Below are positions 1 to 11,928 of a DNA stretch of 64,000 bases, in pieces; position 1 is the stretch's first letter, and each line of letters starts with the position of its first letter. The stretch is from positions 1,798,001 to 1,862,000 of the forward strand of contig NC_043015.1 of the NCBI RefSeq assembly GCF_006345805.1, written 5' to 3'. The translations under genes and the position numbers were made by a program. The notes below the pieces were generated by a model, which was not told where the DNA came from, made no database searches, and saw only the letters and a program-made list of their open reading frames with translations. Source of the DNA: Octopus sinensis. Taxonomy: Eukaryota.

Positions 1-552
1 CCTACCGATAGAAAATTTTTCTATCAGGGCTCACCCAACACCGTATACGCTCCGTAATTGTTAAGGAGTAAATGTGCAATAAATTTAGATGCAGCATATC
101 TAAATTTTGTGTCCTCTATTCCTTAAGCAAGCGGCGTCGATTCTGGCAACGTGCATTTACACAATTGTCTCTCAATATCGTCACGCAAGTCGGGGTCCCA
201 CAAACTTCTCCTGCAACAATATACAGAAAACTTGCAATTTGAAAGAAACCACAGCATATGGGGACATCAATAGGAAGTATTTATAGGCATCTGATGTGGT
301 GCTCAACAGAAAGTCTTTCATGTAACATGATGGTAAGCTTTCGTTGACACACCACTCTGTTTATATCTATTTGATATTTAATATAATATCCATTGACTGT
401 GTTCTCTTTTCAGAGAACGGTGAAGCTGAGGAGTGTGTTGGTGTTGTTGATGCCAATGTCGTTTCTAATTTTTGGTGTAACTATGGTTCATCGTTCCTTT
501 CTTGTGATAGTGTTCTCAACGTTCTGTTGACGTTCCTGGGGCTGCTGTGGTT

Positions 553-1060
553 TTCTTCTTCTTCTTCTTCTTCTTCTTCTTCCAATCAGGACTCATGCCA
601 TTAGCCACAAAGAATAATCTCTAATTCGAGCCTACTCTAAGCTACTAAGAATGCGTGTGGAAACTTGAAGATCTACGCACCAAACGCGATAGACTGGCGG
701 TTGCACGGGCACGACAGCTACATTGTTATCCTCAGTCCGTAAACGGTGGCTTTTAAGGGGTGTAGAGCTGAAACATCCTGGGTACAGAGGATTCTCAATC
801 TAGACTAGGGTCTGAAAGTTTACCACACCATAGTGGGTCATACCATGGTTCCTCTGCTTTGTGGTAGAAGTAGGAAGAAAGAGTGAGAGAAAGTTGTGAT
901 GAAAGAGTACAGCGGGGTTCACCACCGTCCCCCGCCGGAGCCTCGTGGAGCTTAGATGTTTTTGCTCAATAAATACTCTCAATGCCCGGCCTGGGAATCG
1001 AAACCGCGTTCTTACGACCGCCAGTCCGCTGCCCTAACCACTGGGCCATTGCGTCTCCAC
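553..1060 (-). mobile_element. tRNA-derived SINE, head A with long (GAA)n-ending tail
   Basis: Head gtggagacgcaatggcccagtggttagggcagcggac with A/B boxes; about 300-nt tail ending in (GAA)n; second copy at 56882-57387. Confidence 0.85.
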
Positions 1061-1237
1061 TGGCTGCTGTGGTTGATTGTGCTATGGGGTTGAAGATGGG
1101 GTCTGTAGTTTTGATGTTATATATTCTTGTAACTGGACGATGGTTATGCTGTGCGTTGTTGTATTTCCCTCTTGACCGTCATCTTAATTTGCCGTGCTCC
1201 AATCTCCAACTCATCATCAGCTGTTGATCCATCGGTG

Positions 1238-1272
<35 letters not shown>

Positions 1273-1395
1273 TGTGAGTGTGTGTGTGTGCAGTGGTGAT
1301 GGTCAATGCATGTGTACGTGTGTGCCACGCGCGTTAGAGTTCGTACGTTTTGGTTGATGTGACGAGCAAACCTGTATAGCTTACTTTATCAAAGA

Positions 1396-1791
1396 CTAGC
1401 AGTATCGCCCGGCGTTGCTCGGGTTTGTTTCGACCCTTTAGAATTGGAATTTTTGAAAAGGAAAAATTTTGCATTATGTAGCTTGTTATTCTCTTTAAGG
1501 GAACATTTTTCTGGTTGAAATACACCAAAGAAATAGCGACACAGCAGTCAAAAAATCGTAAAAATATAGGAATTTTCATAGAAAAAAAGCACCTTTTTGA
1601 TGTAAATAATTTTTGGTCTTAACATGGTCCGATTTGAAGTTTTTCTTCTACGGAAGGAAGAGCAAGCCTTCTTCTATCATACTGTTAATGTTAGTCAACT
1701 TGCGGCGCAGGGTCTCGGAGGGGATAGTGTTAGTTGAAGGCTACTAAACCTGCCATACACAGACAACTTCAGCTTTATTTATATTGAGAGA
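1396..1791 (-). mobile_element. Non-autonomous Helitron-like element
   Basis: Minus-strand 3' end cccgagcaacgccgggcgatactgCTAG|t (hairpin plus CTAG); 5' TCTC end near 1791. Same 3' end as 37528-37912. Confidence 0.65.
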
Positions 1792-2088
1792 GTTAACAAT
1801 TCTTCCTTTCACTTTCTTAGTTGTAGATTTGGCCTTTGCTATTGAAGTATGATTTTATGTCACTTTAAAACCTACTTTATGAATGGTCGGCGTAATTAGC
1901 GTTCATAGTATAAATGCGTTTTTGTAAATGCATTTGTAATTTCAAATTACTTTAAAACCTAGTTCATGATATGTCAGTGTAATTAGGTGTAAATGTCATT
2001 TACAAACCTAATTTTTGAGTGACCCGTGTGATTAGGCTTCCAACATATAAAATGAGTATTTAAGATTAAATCAGGAAGTATGTTCTGT

Positions 2089-2322
2089 TGTGTCTGGGGA
2101 GAGTCATTTTCTTTTTGTGCCTTATAATGTAATACACTCACCGGTAAAATTTCCACTTATTTCATATTTCTATTATCCTAAAATTTTCGTTGCGTCTTGC
2201 GACATTTTCAATAAGACACAACGAAATTTTTAGGAAAATAAAAATAAGAAATAAGTGGAAATTTTACCGGTGAGTGTGTTACATTATAAGGCACAAAAAG
2301 AAAATGACTCTCCCCAGACACA
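2089..2322. repeat. Long near-perfect inverted repeat (about 110-bp arms, 14-nt loop)
   Basis: 2089-2198 is the reverse complement of 2213-2322, with about 6 mismatches by manual count. Confidence 0.95.
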
Positions 2323-3127
2323 TCTGATTATGCTTCAACACACGAACTCATATAAAGAATCTTGCAAACCAAATCCAAAAACGAAATAGAATAAGCTTTA
2401 GTCAGGATGTATATTTCTGTTGGAATAGGCGAATGTATTGCAAGTGAGAGTAGTCAGAGGTTTAAACAGGTGGCTAAAAAATGAAACGAGAGCCTTGATG
2501 TAATCGCTGGATCTTTCACAAAGAAAATCTCAAACTCCCTGAAATAGCTACCTGCTATCCAACGTATAGCTTTTGACATAAAAAAATATGAAAATAGAAA
2601 GGTGGTGACAGATTGACGCTGGAGTGAGTGCGTTAGATAGAATGCTTCGAGGTATTTGCACTGATTCACTGGTTCCCGAGTTCAAGTCCCGCCGTGACCT
2701 GTTTTTTCTGACATCCTTTTAAGGTCGATAAAATGGTAGCAACCCAAAACCGTGGAACTTTTTGCAGGTTGGGCAAGATGCTTTATGGTATCTGAACTGG
2801 TTTCTTACTTCCAGACTCTAATATTGCAACGAGACTAGCGCTAAGATGTATCGGCCCAAGTCGGTGGCCTTTCACTTAGATAAACATCGGTGGCGGAAAA
2901 AGGAAAATATTACATGCGTAATCAGCTAGCAGCTTTCTAAATTCTTGCCCAGGCATATAGATACATGGTGAACTTTGATCAGCGATGGCGTTATAGCACA
3001 AAAAAACAGCAAAGATAAAAGAAAACAATACAAAAACAACAGAAAAAGAGAAAAAAACTAACAGGGGTTGCGGCAGTGTAATATCTTGGATCATGAGGTT
3101 TGCTGATAAGGGCTGACCCTATCTAAG

Positions 3128-3450
3128 CAAGAAGAAGAAGAAGAAGAAGAAGAAGAAGAGAAGAAGAAGAAGAAGAAGAAGACGGAAAGAAGAGAAGAAG
3201 AAAAGCGGAGAAGAGAAGAAGAAGAAGATAAGAAGAGAAGAAGAAGAAGAATAAGAGAAGAGAAGAAGAAGAAGAAGAAGAAGAAGAAGAAGGAGAAGAA
3301 GAAGGAGAAGAAGGAGAAGAAGAAGAAGAAGAAGAAGAAGAAGAAGAAGAAGAAGAAGAAGGAGAAGAAGAAGAAGAAGAAGGAGAAGAAAAACCAACAA
3401 CAACATCAAAAACAACAGCAACAACAACATTGGCAGCAACAGCAACAAAA
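3128..3450. repeat. (AGA)n / (ACA)n microsatellite
   Basis: Direct reading; source of the poly-Leu ORF 3119-3448. Confidence 0.95.
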
Positions 3451-3534
3451 ACGATAACTTTGGCAGAATAAATTATATTTTAATAAAACGTTAAGGAAAT
3501 TATTTAATATCGGTTTCTTATTGATGTTATATTT

Positions 3535-3544
3535 TTTATTTATT
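3535..3544 (-). terminator. Candidate polyadenylation signals (two overlapping AATAAA) for SIAE
   Basis: tttatt at 3535-3540 and 3539-3544 on the plus strand, about 60 nt past the stop codon. Confidence 0.45.
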
Positions 3545-3600
3545 TCTTTGTTTTTTTTTTGTTTTTTAAAAAGAAGAAGAAAATAAAGTAGTGTATTTCT

Positions 3601-3831
3601 TCAAAATCGGTGCCAAAACGGCGCTGCTGGAAGATTGGTTCCTTGACTATAGATTGGACATTTCTTCAGTGGACAGGGACTCTCTTGCCAGGCATAACGT
3701 ATGTCACACACACGCTCTCCATAACATGTCACGTTGCTGGAGAGAAAAATCGATGTCTGGTTCTCGTTGGTTGATGATTCAATGCTTAACCACATGCTGT
3801 TTCGACATTCGTTGTGTTTAGCACAGGAAAT
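3601..3831 (-). CDS. SIAE: SIAE last coding exon (exon 9) with TGA stop
   Basis: ttcctgtag|ATT at 3831. ISCAKHNECRNSMWLSIESS...IRYAWQESPCPLKKCPIYSQGTNLPAAPFWHRF* matches EISCC...W...LRYAW...PC..K.CPLY...LPAPPF. Confidence 0.93.
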   Translation of the reverse strand: MSCAKHNECRNSMWLSIESSTNENQTSIFLSSNVTCYGERVCDIRYAWQESPCPLKKCPIYSQGTNLPAAPFWHRF

Positions 3832-4058
3832 CTACAGGAAATGGAATAAACGGAAGATATTTTCTAATGGCTGTGAGGTATAGAAGATTTTCTTTACACT
3901 CACCTGGTAACAATCTTAGGTAGGTGGCATCAAACTGAGGAGACAAAAACGGTGGATAAATGAGAAAATTATATACAGCTCACACGTGACAATGTAGAAA
4001 ATCGATGCATTTTTAATGTAGCATCCAATACGAACTCATGGCAAGCTATATTCTCATA

Positions 4059-4453
4059 GCGTGGAGGCGCAATGGCCCAGTGGTTAGGGCAGCGGACTCG
4101 CGGTCATAGGATCGCGGTTTCGATTCCCAGACCGGGCGTTGTGAGTGTTTATTGAGCGAAAACACCTAAAGCTCCACGAGGCTCCGGTAGGGGATGGTGG
4201 TGATCCCTGCTGTACACTTTCACCACAACTTTCTCTCACTCTTACTTCCTGTTTCTGTTGTACCTGTATTTCAAAGGGCCGGCCTTGACACTCTCTGTGT
4301 CACACTGAATATCCCCGAGAACTACGTTAAGGGTACACGTGTCTGTGGAGTGCTCAGCCACTTACACGTTAATTTCACGAGCAGGCTGTTCCGTTGATTC
4401 GGATCAACCGGAACCCTCGTCATCGTAACCGACGGAGTGCTTCCATCATCATC
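4059..4453 (+). mobile_element. Full-length tRNA-derived SINE (head A, tail ending gagtgcttcca) with 11-bp TSD
   Basis: A box tggcccagtgg, B-box-like gtttcgattcc; TSD atattctcata at 4048-4058 and 4454-4464. Confidence 0.92.
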
Positions 4454-4537
4454 ATATTCTCATAATCGACTTAATCCCTTTGTCTGTCCTTGTTTGTCCC
4501 CTCTATGTTTAGCGCCTTGTGTGCAATAAAGAAATAA

Positions 4538-4876
4538 GGAAGTTGCGTATCAGCAACATGGCTCCGGGTTCAGTCCCACTGCGTGGCACCTTCGACAATT
4601 GTCTTCGACTATAGCCTCGGGCTGACCAAAGCCTTGTGAGTAGATTTGGTAGACAGAAACTGAAATAATCTCGTACTGTATACATATATCTGTATATATC
4701 TATGTGTGTGCATCTGTGTGTCTGTTTGTCCTGCCATCACAACTTGGCAACTGGTGTTGGTGTGTTTACATCTCTGTAACATAGCCGTTCGTTAAAAGTG
4801 ACCGATAGAACAAATACGGGGTTTAAGAAATAAGTCCTGGGTCGATTTGTTCGACTAAAACCCTTCAAGGTGGTGT
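4538..4876 (+). mobile_element. SINE family C (internal microsatellite), degenerate copy
   Basis: ggttcagtcccactgcgtggcacc...ctatagcctcggg...(TA/TG)n...gtcgatttgttcgactaa, shared with copies at 12911, 16648, 21295, 22587 and 38000. Confidence 0.85.
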
Positions 4877-5007
4877 AAGAGTATATACATATTTTTCAAA
4901 TAATTATAAAGAATACGGTGACAGGTACGTCATCAAATATTTTCCCTTTATTTTTATAGATGGTTGTTCAGCACTACCAGATAATTTTGCTGTTTGATTA
5001 ACTGTAA

Positions 5008-5778
5008 TTTTTTCTTTTCTACTATTGGCACAAGGCCCGAAATTTTGGGAGAGGAGGCCAGTCGATTAGATTGATCCCAGTACATAATTGGTACTTAATT
5101 TATCGACCTCGAAAGGATGAAAGACAAAGTCGACCACAGCAGAATTTGAACTCGGAACGTAAAGACAGACGAAATACCTATTTCTTTACTACCCATAAGG
5201 GGCTAAACACAGAGAGGACAAACAAGGACAGACAAAGGCATTAAGTCGATTATATCGACCCCAGTGCGTAACTCGTACTTATTTAATCGACCCCGAACGG
5301 ATGAAAGGCAAAGTCGACCTCAGCAGAATTTGAACTCGGAACGTAAAGTCAGACGAAATACATATGTCTTTACTACCCACAAGGGGCTAAACACAGAGAG
5401 GAAAAACAAGGACAGACAAAGGCATTAAGTCGATTATATCGACCCCAGTGCGTAACTGGTACTTATTTAATCGACCCCGAAAGGATGAAAGGCAAAGTCG
5501 ATCTCAGCAGAATTTGAACTCGGAACGTAAAGACAGACGAAATACCTATTTCTTTACTACCCATAAGGGGCTAAACACAGAGAGGACAAACAAGGACAGA
5601 CAATGGCATTAAGTCGATTATATCGACCCCAGTGCGTAACTGGTACTTATTTAATCGACCCCGAAAGGATGAAAGACAAAGACGACCTCGGCGGAATTTG
5701 AACTCAGAAGGTAGCGGCAGATGAAATACGCTAAGCATTCCGCCCGGCGTTCTAACGTTTCTGCCAGCTCGCCGCCTT
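5008..5778 (-). mobile_element. SINE family B tandem multimer (head plus three further body units) with TSD
   Basis: Units of about 183 nt joined at gtagtaaagaaata|ggtatttcgtctg. Flanked by ttgattaactgtaa (4994-5007) and ttgactaactgtaa (5777-5790). Confidence 0.9.
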
Positions 5779-5858
5779 GACTAACTGTAAAATTACGAGC
5801 AAAAAATTTTGATGACATACATATCTCCGTATTCTTTAGAAATGATTGAAATCTACGC

Positions 5859-6106
5859 TTCGGGGTCGATTAAATAAGTACGAGTTACGCACTGGGGTCG
5901 ATATAATCGACTTAATGCCTTTGTCTGTCCTTGTTTGTCCTCTCTGTGTTTAGCCCCTTGTGGGTAGTAAAGAAATAGGTATTTCGTCTGTCTTTACGTT
6001 CCGAGTTCAAATTCTCCTGAGGTCGACTTTGCCTTTCATCCTTTCGGAATCGATAAATTAAGTACCAATTATGTACTGGGATCAATCTAATCGACTGGCC
6101 TCCTCT
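5859..6106 (+). repeat. Inverted near-identical copy of 5050-5297
   Basis: 248 nt with 7 mismatches by manual count; shares private variants (aactCgtac, gatcccagtacataattgg). Confidence 0.92.
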
Positions 6107-6269
6107 ACATATTCCAGTGAAGTGAACCCGGTGTTACCTATCAGAAGAATTACAACGAGTTTGCTGATACTCAGCGATCATTAGAGGCTTAATACTACTT
6201 GATGCTGTTAGCCGTAACCTGGAGCATACCTAAGAGCTACCACGGCACTCATATTATATCTATATATCA

Positions 6270-6455
6270 AGGCAGTGAGCTGGGAGAAATGATTAGCGGT
6301 ATTTCGTCTGCCACGACGTTCTCAGTTCAAATTCCGCCGAGGTCGATTTTACTTTTCACCCTTTCGGAGATCGATAGATTAAGTACCTGTAGAGTACTGG
6401 GGTCAATGTAATCGAATTTCCCTTTACCCAGAAAATTTCAGTCCTTGTGGCTAAA
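6270..6455 (+). mobile_element. SINE family B, degenerate copy
   Basis: aaggcagtgagctgg...gttcaaattccgccgaggtcga...aagtacc. Confidence 0.8.
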
Positions 6456-6488
6456 ATATCTATATATCTATGTGTGTGTGTGTGCATA

Positions 6489-6524
<36 letters not shown>

Positions 6525-6600
6525 TGTATGTATGTATGGTATGTATGTCTATATACCCACACACATATGTACATAGTTTTTTTGTTTATAATCAGCAGAG

Positions 6601-6722
6601 TGACTCAAGGACAGAGAGTTTCGTACGTTGGCCTTTATCAGCGCAGATAACTTTCCACCCATGAGTCACTCATGTCACTTTCCACTCATGAGTCACTCGT
6701 CTCATTTTTCACCCTTGAGTCA
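6601..6722. promoter_or_regulatory. Cluster of four AP-1 consensus sites, three within a 27-bp tandem repeat
   Basis: TGACTCA at 6601; TGAGTCA at 6662, 6689 and 6716. Function not shown. Confidence 0.35.
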
Positions 6723-6776
6723 CTCGTGTCGATTATTAAGAAAAAGTATTCTTGGACACACATACAAACACGCACA

Positions 6777-6876
6777 TTCTTGTTTTGTGATCTATATTCC
6801 TGTGTTCGCATCACCAAATCTGCATATGCACACATGTACACACAACATACACACACACTCACACACACACGCACAA

Positions 6877-6912
<36 letters not shown>

Positions 6913-7090
6913 ATGTTTTTGTGATCTATACTCTTGTGTTCGCATCACCAAACCTGCACATACACACACACACTCACATTCTTGTTTTCTGATCTATATT
7001 CCTGTGTTGGCATCACCAGATCTACACACACACACCACACACACACACACACACACATACACACACACAAACTCACTCACTCACACACAT
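6777..7090. repeat. Three copies of a ~45-bp unit separated by (CA)n
   Basis: ttcttgttttgtgatctatattcctgtgttcgcatcaccaaatct-like units near 6777, 6913 and 6978. Confidence 0.85.
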
Positions 7091-7484
7091 CTACAAATGA
7101 AATAGTAATGCACCATACCACTACAGAACACGTGCTAATTATTATTGGACTAGAATGACTTGTTAAGCAAAATGGAAATATGATAAGAGGAATTCAAGAA
7201 CGTAGCCATGAAAATCAATGGTGACTATTCTTACATTATTTCACTGCTTGCCGCAGTCAATGGACTGCCAATATACCGGAACAGCTCCTTCAAAGGGTTA
7301 AGTCGATTATATTGACCGCGTTTCTTTGTCTGCTTATATGCTTTTCTTCTCGTTCTGAGAAGGACAAAGGTCAATGCAGACAAAATGTGTAAGGAAAGAG
7401 TCGTGACGGATCGAAATACCAAGAAAGCAGGTTCAGTCGACGCAATGGTATTTTGTCATCATTCGTGCCGATATATGTACGTAC

Positions 7485-7795
7485 GTGGAGGCGCAATGGC
7501 CCAGTTGTTAGGGCAGCGGACTCGCGGTCGTAAGATCGCGATTTCGATTCCTAGACCGGGCGTTGTGAGTGTTTATTGAGCGAAAACACCTAAAAAGTTC
7601 CACGAGGCTCCGTCAGGGGTGGGTGGGGGTGATCCCTGCTGTATTCTTTCACCAGATTTTCTCTCACTCTTTCTTCTGTATGCCTGCTCGCTTAGCCAGC
7701 GGGGTGGCGTCATTCGAAGGCTAAAACAATGCAGACGCATTGTGACCAGCGATGTGTAACAACATCAATGGTCTGGTCGGTCACGTGATCACGTG
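7485..7795 (+). mobile_element. SINE head A with tail c (...gatcacgtgatcacgtg)
   Basis: Same head as 4059; tail shared with 32510-32690; TSD atatgtacgtac at 7473-7484 and 7796-7807. Confidence 0.88.
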
Positions 7796-7811
7796 ATATG
7801 TACGTACGTAC

Positions 7812-8044
7812 GAAGGCGGCGAGCTGGCAGAAACGTTAGCACGCCGGGCGAAATGCGTAGCCGTATTTCGTCTGCCGTTACGTTCAGAGTTCAAATTGCG
7901 CCGAGGTCGACTTTGCCTTTCATCCTTTCGGGGTCGATAAATTAAGTACCAGTCACGCACTGGGGTCGATATAATCGACTTAATCCGTTTGTCTGTCCTT
8001 GTTTGTCCCCTCTATGTTTAACCCCTTGTGGGTAGTAAAGAAAC
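7812..8044 (+). mobile_element. Full-length monomeric SINE family B with 16-bp TSD
   Basis: aaggcggcgagctggcagaaacgttagc...gagttcaaatt...gtgggtagtaaagaaac; TSD atatgtacgtacgtac at 7796-7811 and 8045-8060. Confidence 0.92.
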
Positions 8045-8156
8045 ATATGTACGTACGTACACGTGCACGCACACACACATACACACACACTCACTTTTGC
8101 ATATATACAGACACACTCATACATATATACACAGACACATGCACACACACACACAC

Positions 8157-8204
<48 letters not shown>

Positions 8205-8393
8205 GTGCTTATTGTCCTGTATCTCTTTTTTTCTTTTTGCTTGTCCTGTTCCTTGGTTTGGTGTCTATGTTTTTCGTCTCTCTATGTGTTCGACGTCTTT
8301 TTGGTGTCCTGTACACATATATGCGTGTATATGTACATGTAGAGGTAGGTACGTACATATATGTTTATATATATGCATATGTTCTATTTTATT

Positions 8394-8438
<45 letters not shown>

Positions 8439-9649
8439 GCATATATACACGCACTTAGTAGCATACAATAAAAAAATATACTCTTCGACAAGATCATGTT
8501 GCATGTGCATGCGGGTGTGTGCGAGTGTGTGTGTGCGTGTGTGTGTGTGTGTATTTTTTCCTTGCTTCATTCATTGGACTGTAGTCATCGTGGGGCACTA
8601 CTTTGACGTGTTTAGTCGAGCAAATAAACTCTAGTGACTATTTTTTAAAGTTAGCTAGTTATTTTAGCGGACTCTCGCTGAACGCCGAAATTAAGGGGAT
8701 GTTAACAAACCAACAGCGCTTATGAGGTGTTGGAGGCACAAACACAAGCACACACACATACATACACATACACACATACACACACATATATACGACGGGT
8801 TTCCCCACAGTTTCTGCCAGAAGTCAACGATCAGTTCCAGACAATATTAAAAGACACTTGCCCAAGATATTGCGCAGTGGGACTCAATTCAGAACCGTGT
8901 GGTTGCGAAGGGAACTTTTTAATCACACACTCACATACACATAACTACATACACACACACACATATATAAATGTGTGTGTACATAACATTTTTACATGTA
9001 TTTATATTTATCTATCTATTTTTATATAGGTATATATATATATATATATAACAATACTGGGAGGATAAGAGACGGAACGAAGCGAAAATTCGAAAATTCG
9101 AACGAACCACGACGCGAAGCGCTGTCAGGCAATAGTGTAATAAATAAAATATATGCATACATACAAATATATATGTACGTACCGACATCCACATGTATAT
9201 ATGCATGCATATATAAATATATATACGTACAGGACACCACAAAAAGACGTAAAACTCAACAGAAACGAAAACGGAAAAGCCATTTTGTTACAACAGAAGG
9301 ACAGAGACGTGGAACAGGACGAGAACGAAAACGGGGAAAAAAAAATATATATTTATTTATCTATTTATTTATTTATATATGTATCTGCTTATAGAGACAC
9401 GTACAAAAATACATACAAGAGTAGATATTAGAATAGATATCTGTGTGTCGTACTAAATGTAAGTATAATATGAAAAGGCATATGAATTGCTGTATTGTTC
9501 CGGAGGTAATATCTCTAACGGAGGTACTGTGTTTTACGCCCATAAGAGATATAACCTCCGGATCCTCTTGAACACAGAGTAATACAAATAAAGACAGAAG
9601 GAGCAAAAACGCTATTATGAGAGAACATAATATACTGGATTGAATGTGA

Positions 9650-10110
9650 ATGATTGCGTGTCAGTTTTGTCATATTAAACAACAGAACAAGCGAGTGGAA
9701 AGAGAAGGAATTACAGGCCAATTCATGCAATAATCCGAGAATGTTGAACATAAAGAATTCTGGTTGTGGCTGTCAGGCGGAAACCGAATCATTAATTATT
9801 GTCACTTAGGAGCAAGCCATTAGAACGAATTTGATAAAAGTAAAGACTGATAAAACTGAATCATAGAACAATAGCGGGATCGGCGGGAAAGGGAACGAAA
9901 AGTATTAAGCATCGCTTAAGTGAATGCAGTAAGCTAGCGCGAAAAGAATATAAACGCAGACATGACTGCATCGATAAAAGAGCGTAGTGGGATGTTAGCT
10001 CTGTGCATGTCTTCAAATGAATCTGAAATGAACACCTGCCAGAAGCTGTGACGGAGAATAAAATGACAGGATTGAAGCAAGAAGATCAGCGAGGAATAAA
10101 AGAAAACTTT
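9650..10110 (+). mobile_element. Decayed R4/Dong-type (RLE) non-LTR retrotransposon fragment
   Basis: Broken frames read WLWL...AETESLIIVT*EQAIRTNLIKVK and HRLSECSKLARKEYKRRHD, resembling the R4-clade CCHC region (ETESL..AAQDQAIRTN / H..SEC.KLA..EYKRRHD). Confidence 0.75.
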
Positions 10111-10209
10111 GCAAGATCATTCACTTCACTAATAACCATAATGGCCTGGATACCGAAAGGACTTAGTCAGGAAGACAAAGAGGTTGTCGAAGACTACGAG
10201 GATCGAGAT

Positions 10210-11440
10210 AAACGTTCATAGGCTGAGCAAGATACTCTCACACAATGTTATAAAATGAGGTTTCTTTTTCAACATAGTCCCCTTCCGGTCCACACACTTC
10301 TTCCATCGATGTTCCCATTGGTGAACAAGCTTTCAACGTGTTGTTAAAAAAAAGTCATTAACAGCAGATAGGACGTCATTTTTACTGTGATACTGGTTCC
10401 CAGCCAAGTGCGTTTTTATGTTGGGGAACGTACGATATATCCAAATGCTACATGTTGAGGAGCGGTTGATACAGCCAAATCAGGAGAATAGGGGCAGAGA
10501 TCAACCAGTTCAAAGCCACAATCATGTACAGCAGACATTGATACGAAGGACGTGTGCTGGCGCAAATGACTCGATAAAATAAGACTCTCTTTCGACTGTT
10601 TTCCTGGGCATTTGTTCTTGATAAACTTTCGTAGCCGCATTTGCAAATTCGCATAGTTCTTTCCATTGAAGATAGTCCGTAAAAACAATGTCTTTTGCAT
10701 CCCAAAAAACTGAGGCCAGCAATTTCCCCACAGATGAAACGACCTTCGTCTTCTTTAGAGTAGGTAAGGAAGGCTGTTTCCACTGCATGGATTATCTTTT
10801 TATCTCTAGTTCAGTGTGACGAACCCAACACTCATCGTGGGTTAAAAAATGATTAAGGAAACCAGCTACATCTGCCTCAATGTCAGGTTTCCCGCGTTGT
10901 AATCAAGCTGGCACACTTTTGATCTGGTGTCAGAAGACGCGGCATCCACCTTCGTCATACCAAGTTTATTGTGCAGAATATTCTCATCTCTCTCACAAGA
11001 TATTGTTAATTTCTTTGCTTTATAGTCAATCGAGTGTCATGCCTCACCATGTGGTGAATACGATCAATGTTTTCCTCGGTGGTGGCAGTTGCAGGACGTC
11101 CAGCCACCGGTCATCTCCAATCCTCTCCCTTCCCCTTCTAAATTCAGCTGCCTGCTTTCGCATTGTTGATAAAGCTAGAACGTTATCTCCTAATGTTATT
11201 ATCTATGCCAGTATGAATGTCCTTGGGGTCTAAATCCGTTATCTTTTTGCCGGTTCTTGATAACACAACGATGTCAAATTTTGACCATTTTCTAGACAAG
11301 TCGCTACTAGTCTTTGAACAGTGAGACATCAGTTTACCCTGAAGGAAACAATACAGTTATTAATGAGAGGAGTGGAAATTAACGCATGCATGATTTCACA
11401 GCACCAGAATCACTTCTTCATAGTCAGCCTATGAACTTTT
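10210..11440 (-). mobile_element. Decayed near full-length mariner (Tc1/mariner) transposon
   Basis: Inverted ends gttcataggctga (10214-10226) and tcagcctatgaac (11424-11436). Minus-strand remnants AEFRRGRE, QWKQPSLPTLKKTKVVSSVGKLLASVFWD, PYSPDLA and GDYVEK; frameshifted. Confidence 0.9.
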
Positions 11441-11689
11441 GGTAAGATGACAATTACCATTGTAGTAATTGCAGCCCTTGATACAGCACCTAAACTGTTA
11501 CCTAAGAATTGAGACTCGCATTGTCGACGTGCATTGAAGTGCAATCCTGTATTCTGCGAGAACCCCAAGACAGATTCTTGAGATTTGAGAAGACATTTTT
11601 CTCAAGAAAATATTCCTGCTAACATAATATGTAATAGCTATAGTAGTAATAATAATGGTATGGCACTTTGGGGACATTCCTGTTATTTT

Positions 11690-11928
11690 AGGGGATGGTG
11701 TATGTGTAGAAGAGGCTTAGTGGCAGGCCCCGCTCCATATGACTAGAGGTGATTGGGGAAGACTTTCAGAGGTTCAACATCACCTTGGAGGATGCAAAGG
11801 GGTTGGCCTGGAACCGCCAGCGATGGGGAGCACTAGTGGACATGGTCGGCTCTACGCTGCATGACGTTTCTGGGACCACTGACTTGGAATAACCTCAGCC
11901 ACATGAAGCCAAAAGAAGCCAAGCCAAG
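11690..11928 (+). mobile_element. RTE-like LINE 3' end
   Basis: GRPRSI*LEVIGEDFQRFNITLEDAKGLAWNRQRWGALV, followed by a short-repeat (CCAAG) tail. Confidence 0.7.

Noticed and set aside
4063-4140. tRNA genes at SINE heads
   Set aside because: A and B boxes are present, but there is no closed acceptor stem, and each continues into a SINE body with TSDs.
5280-5330. Hammerhead-like ccccGAAAggatGAAAggcaaaGTC in the SINE B body
   Set aside because: No CUGAnGA upstream, and stem III does not pair.
5008-5778. CRISPR-like periodic repeats (also 6777-7090)
   Set aside because: Units are contiguous SINE bodies or have microsatellite spacers; the context is eukaryotic and there are no cas genes.
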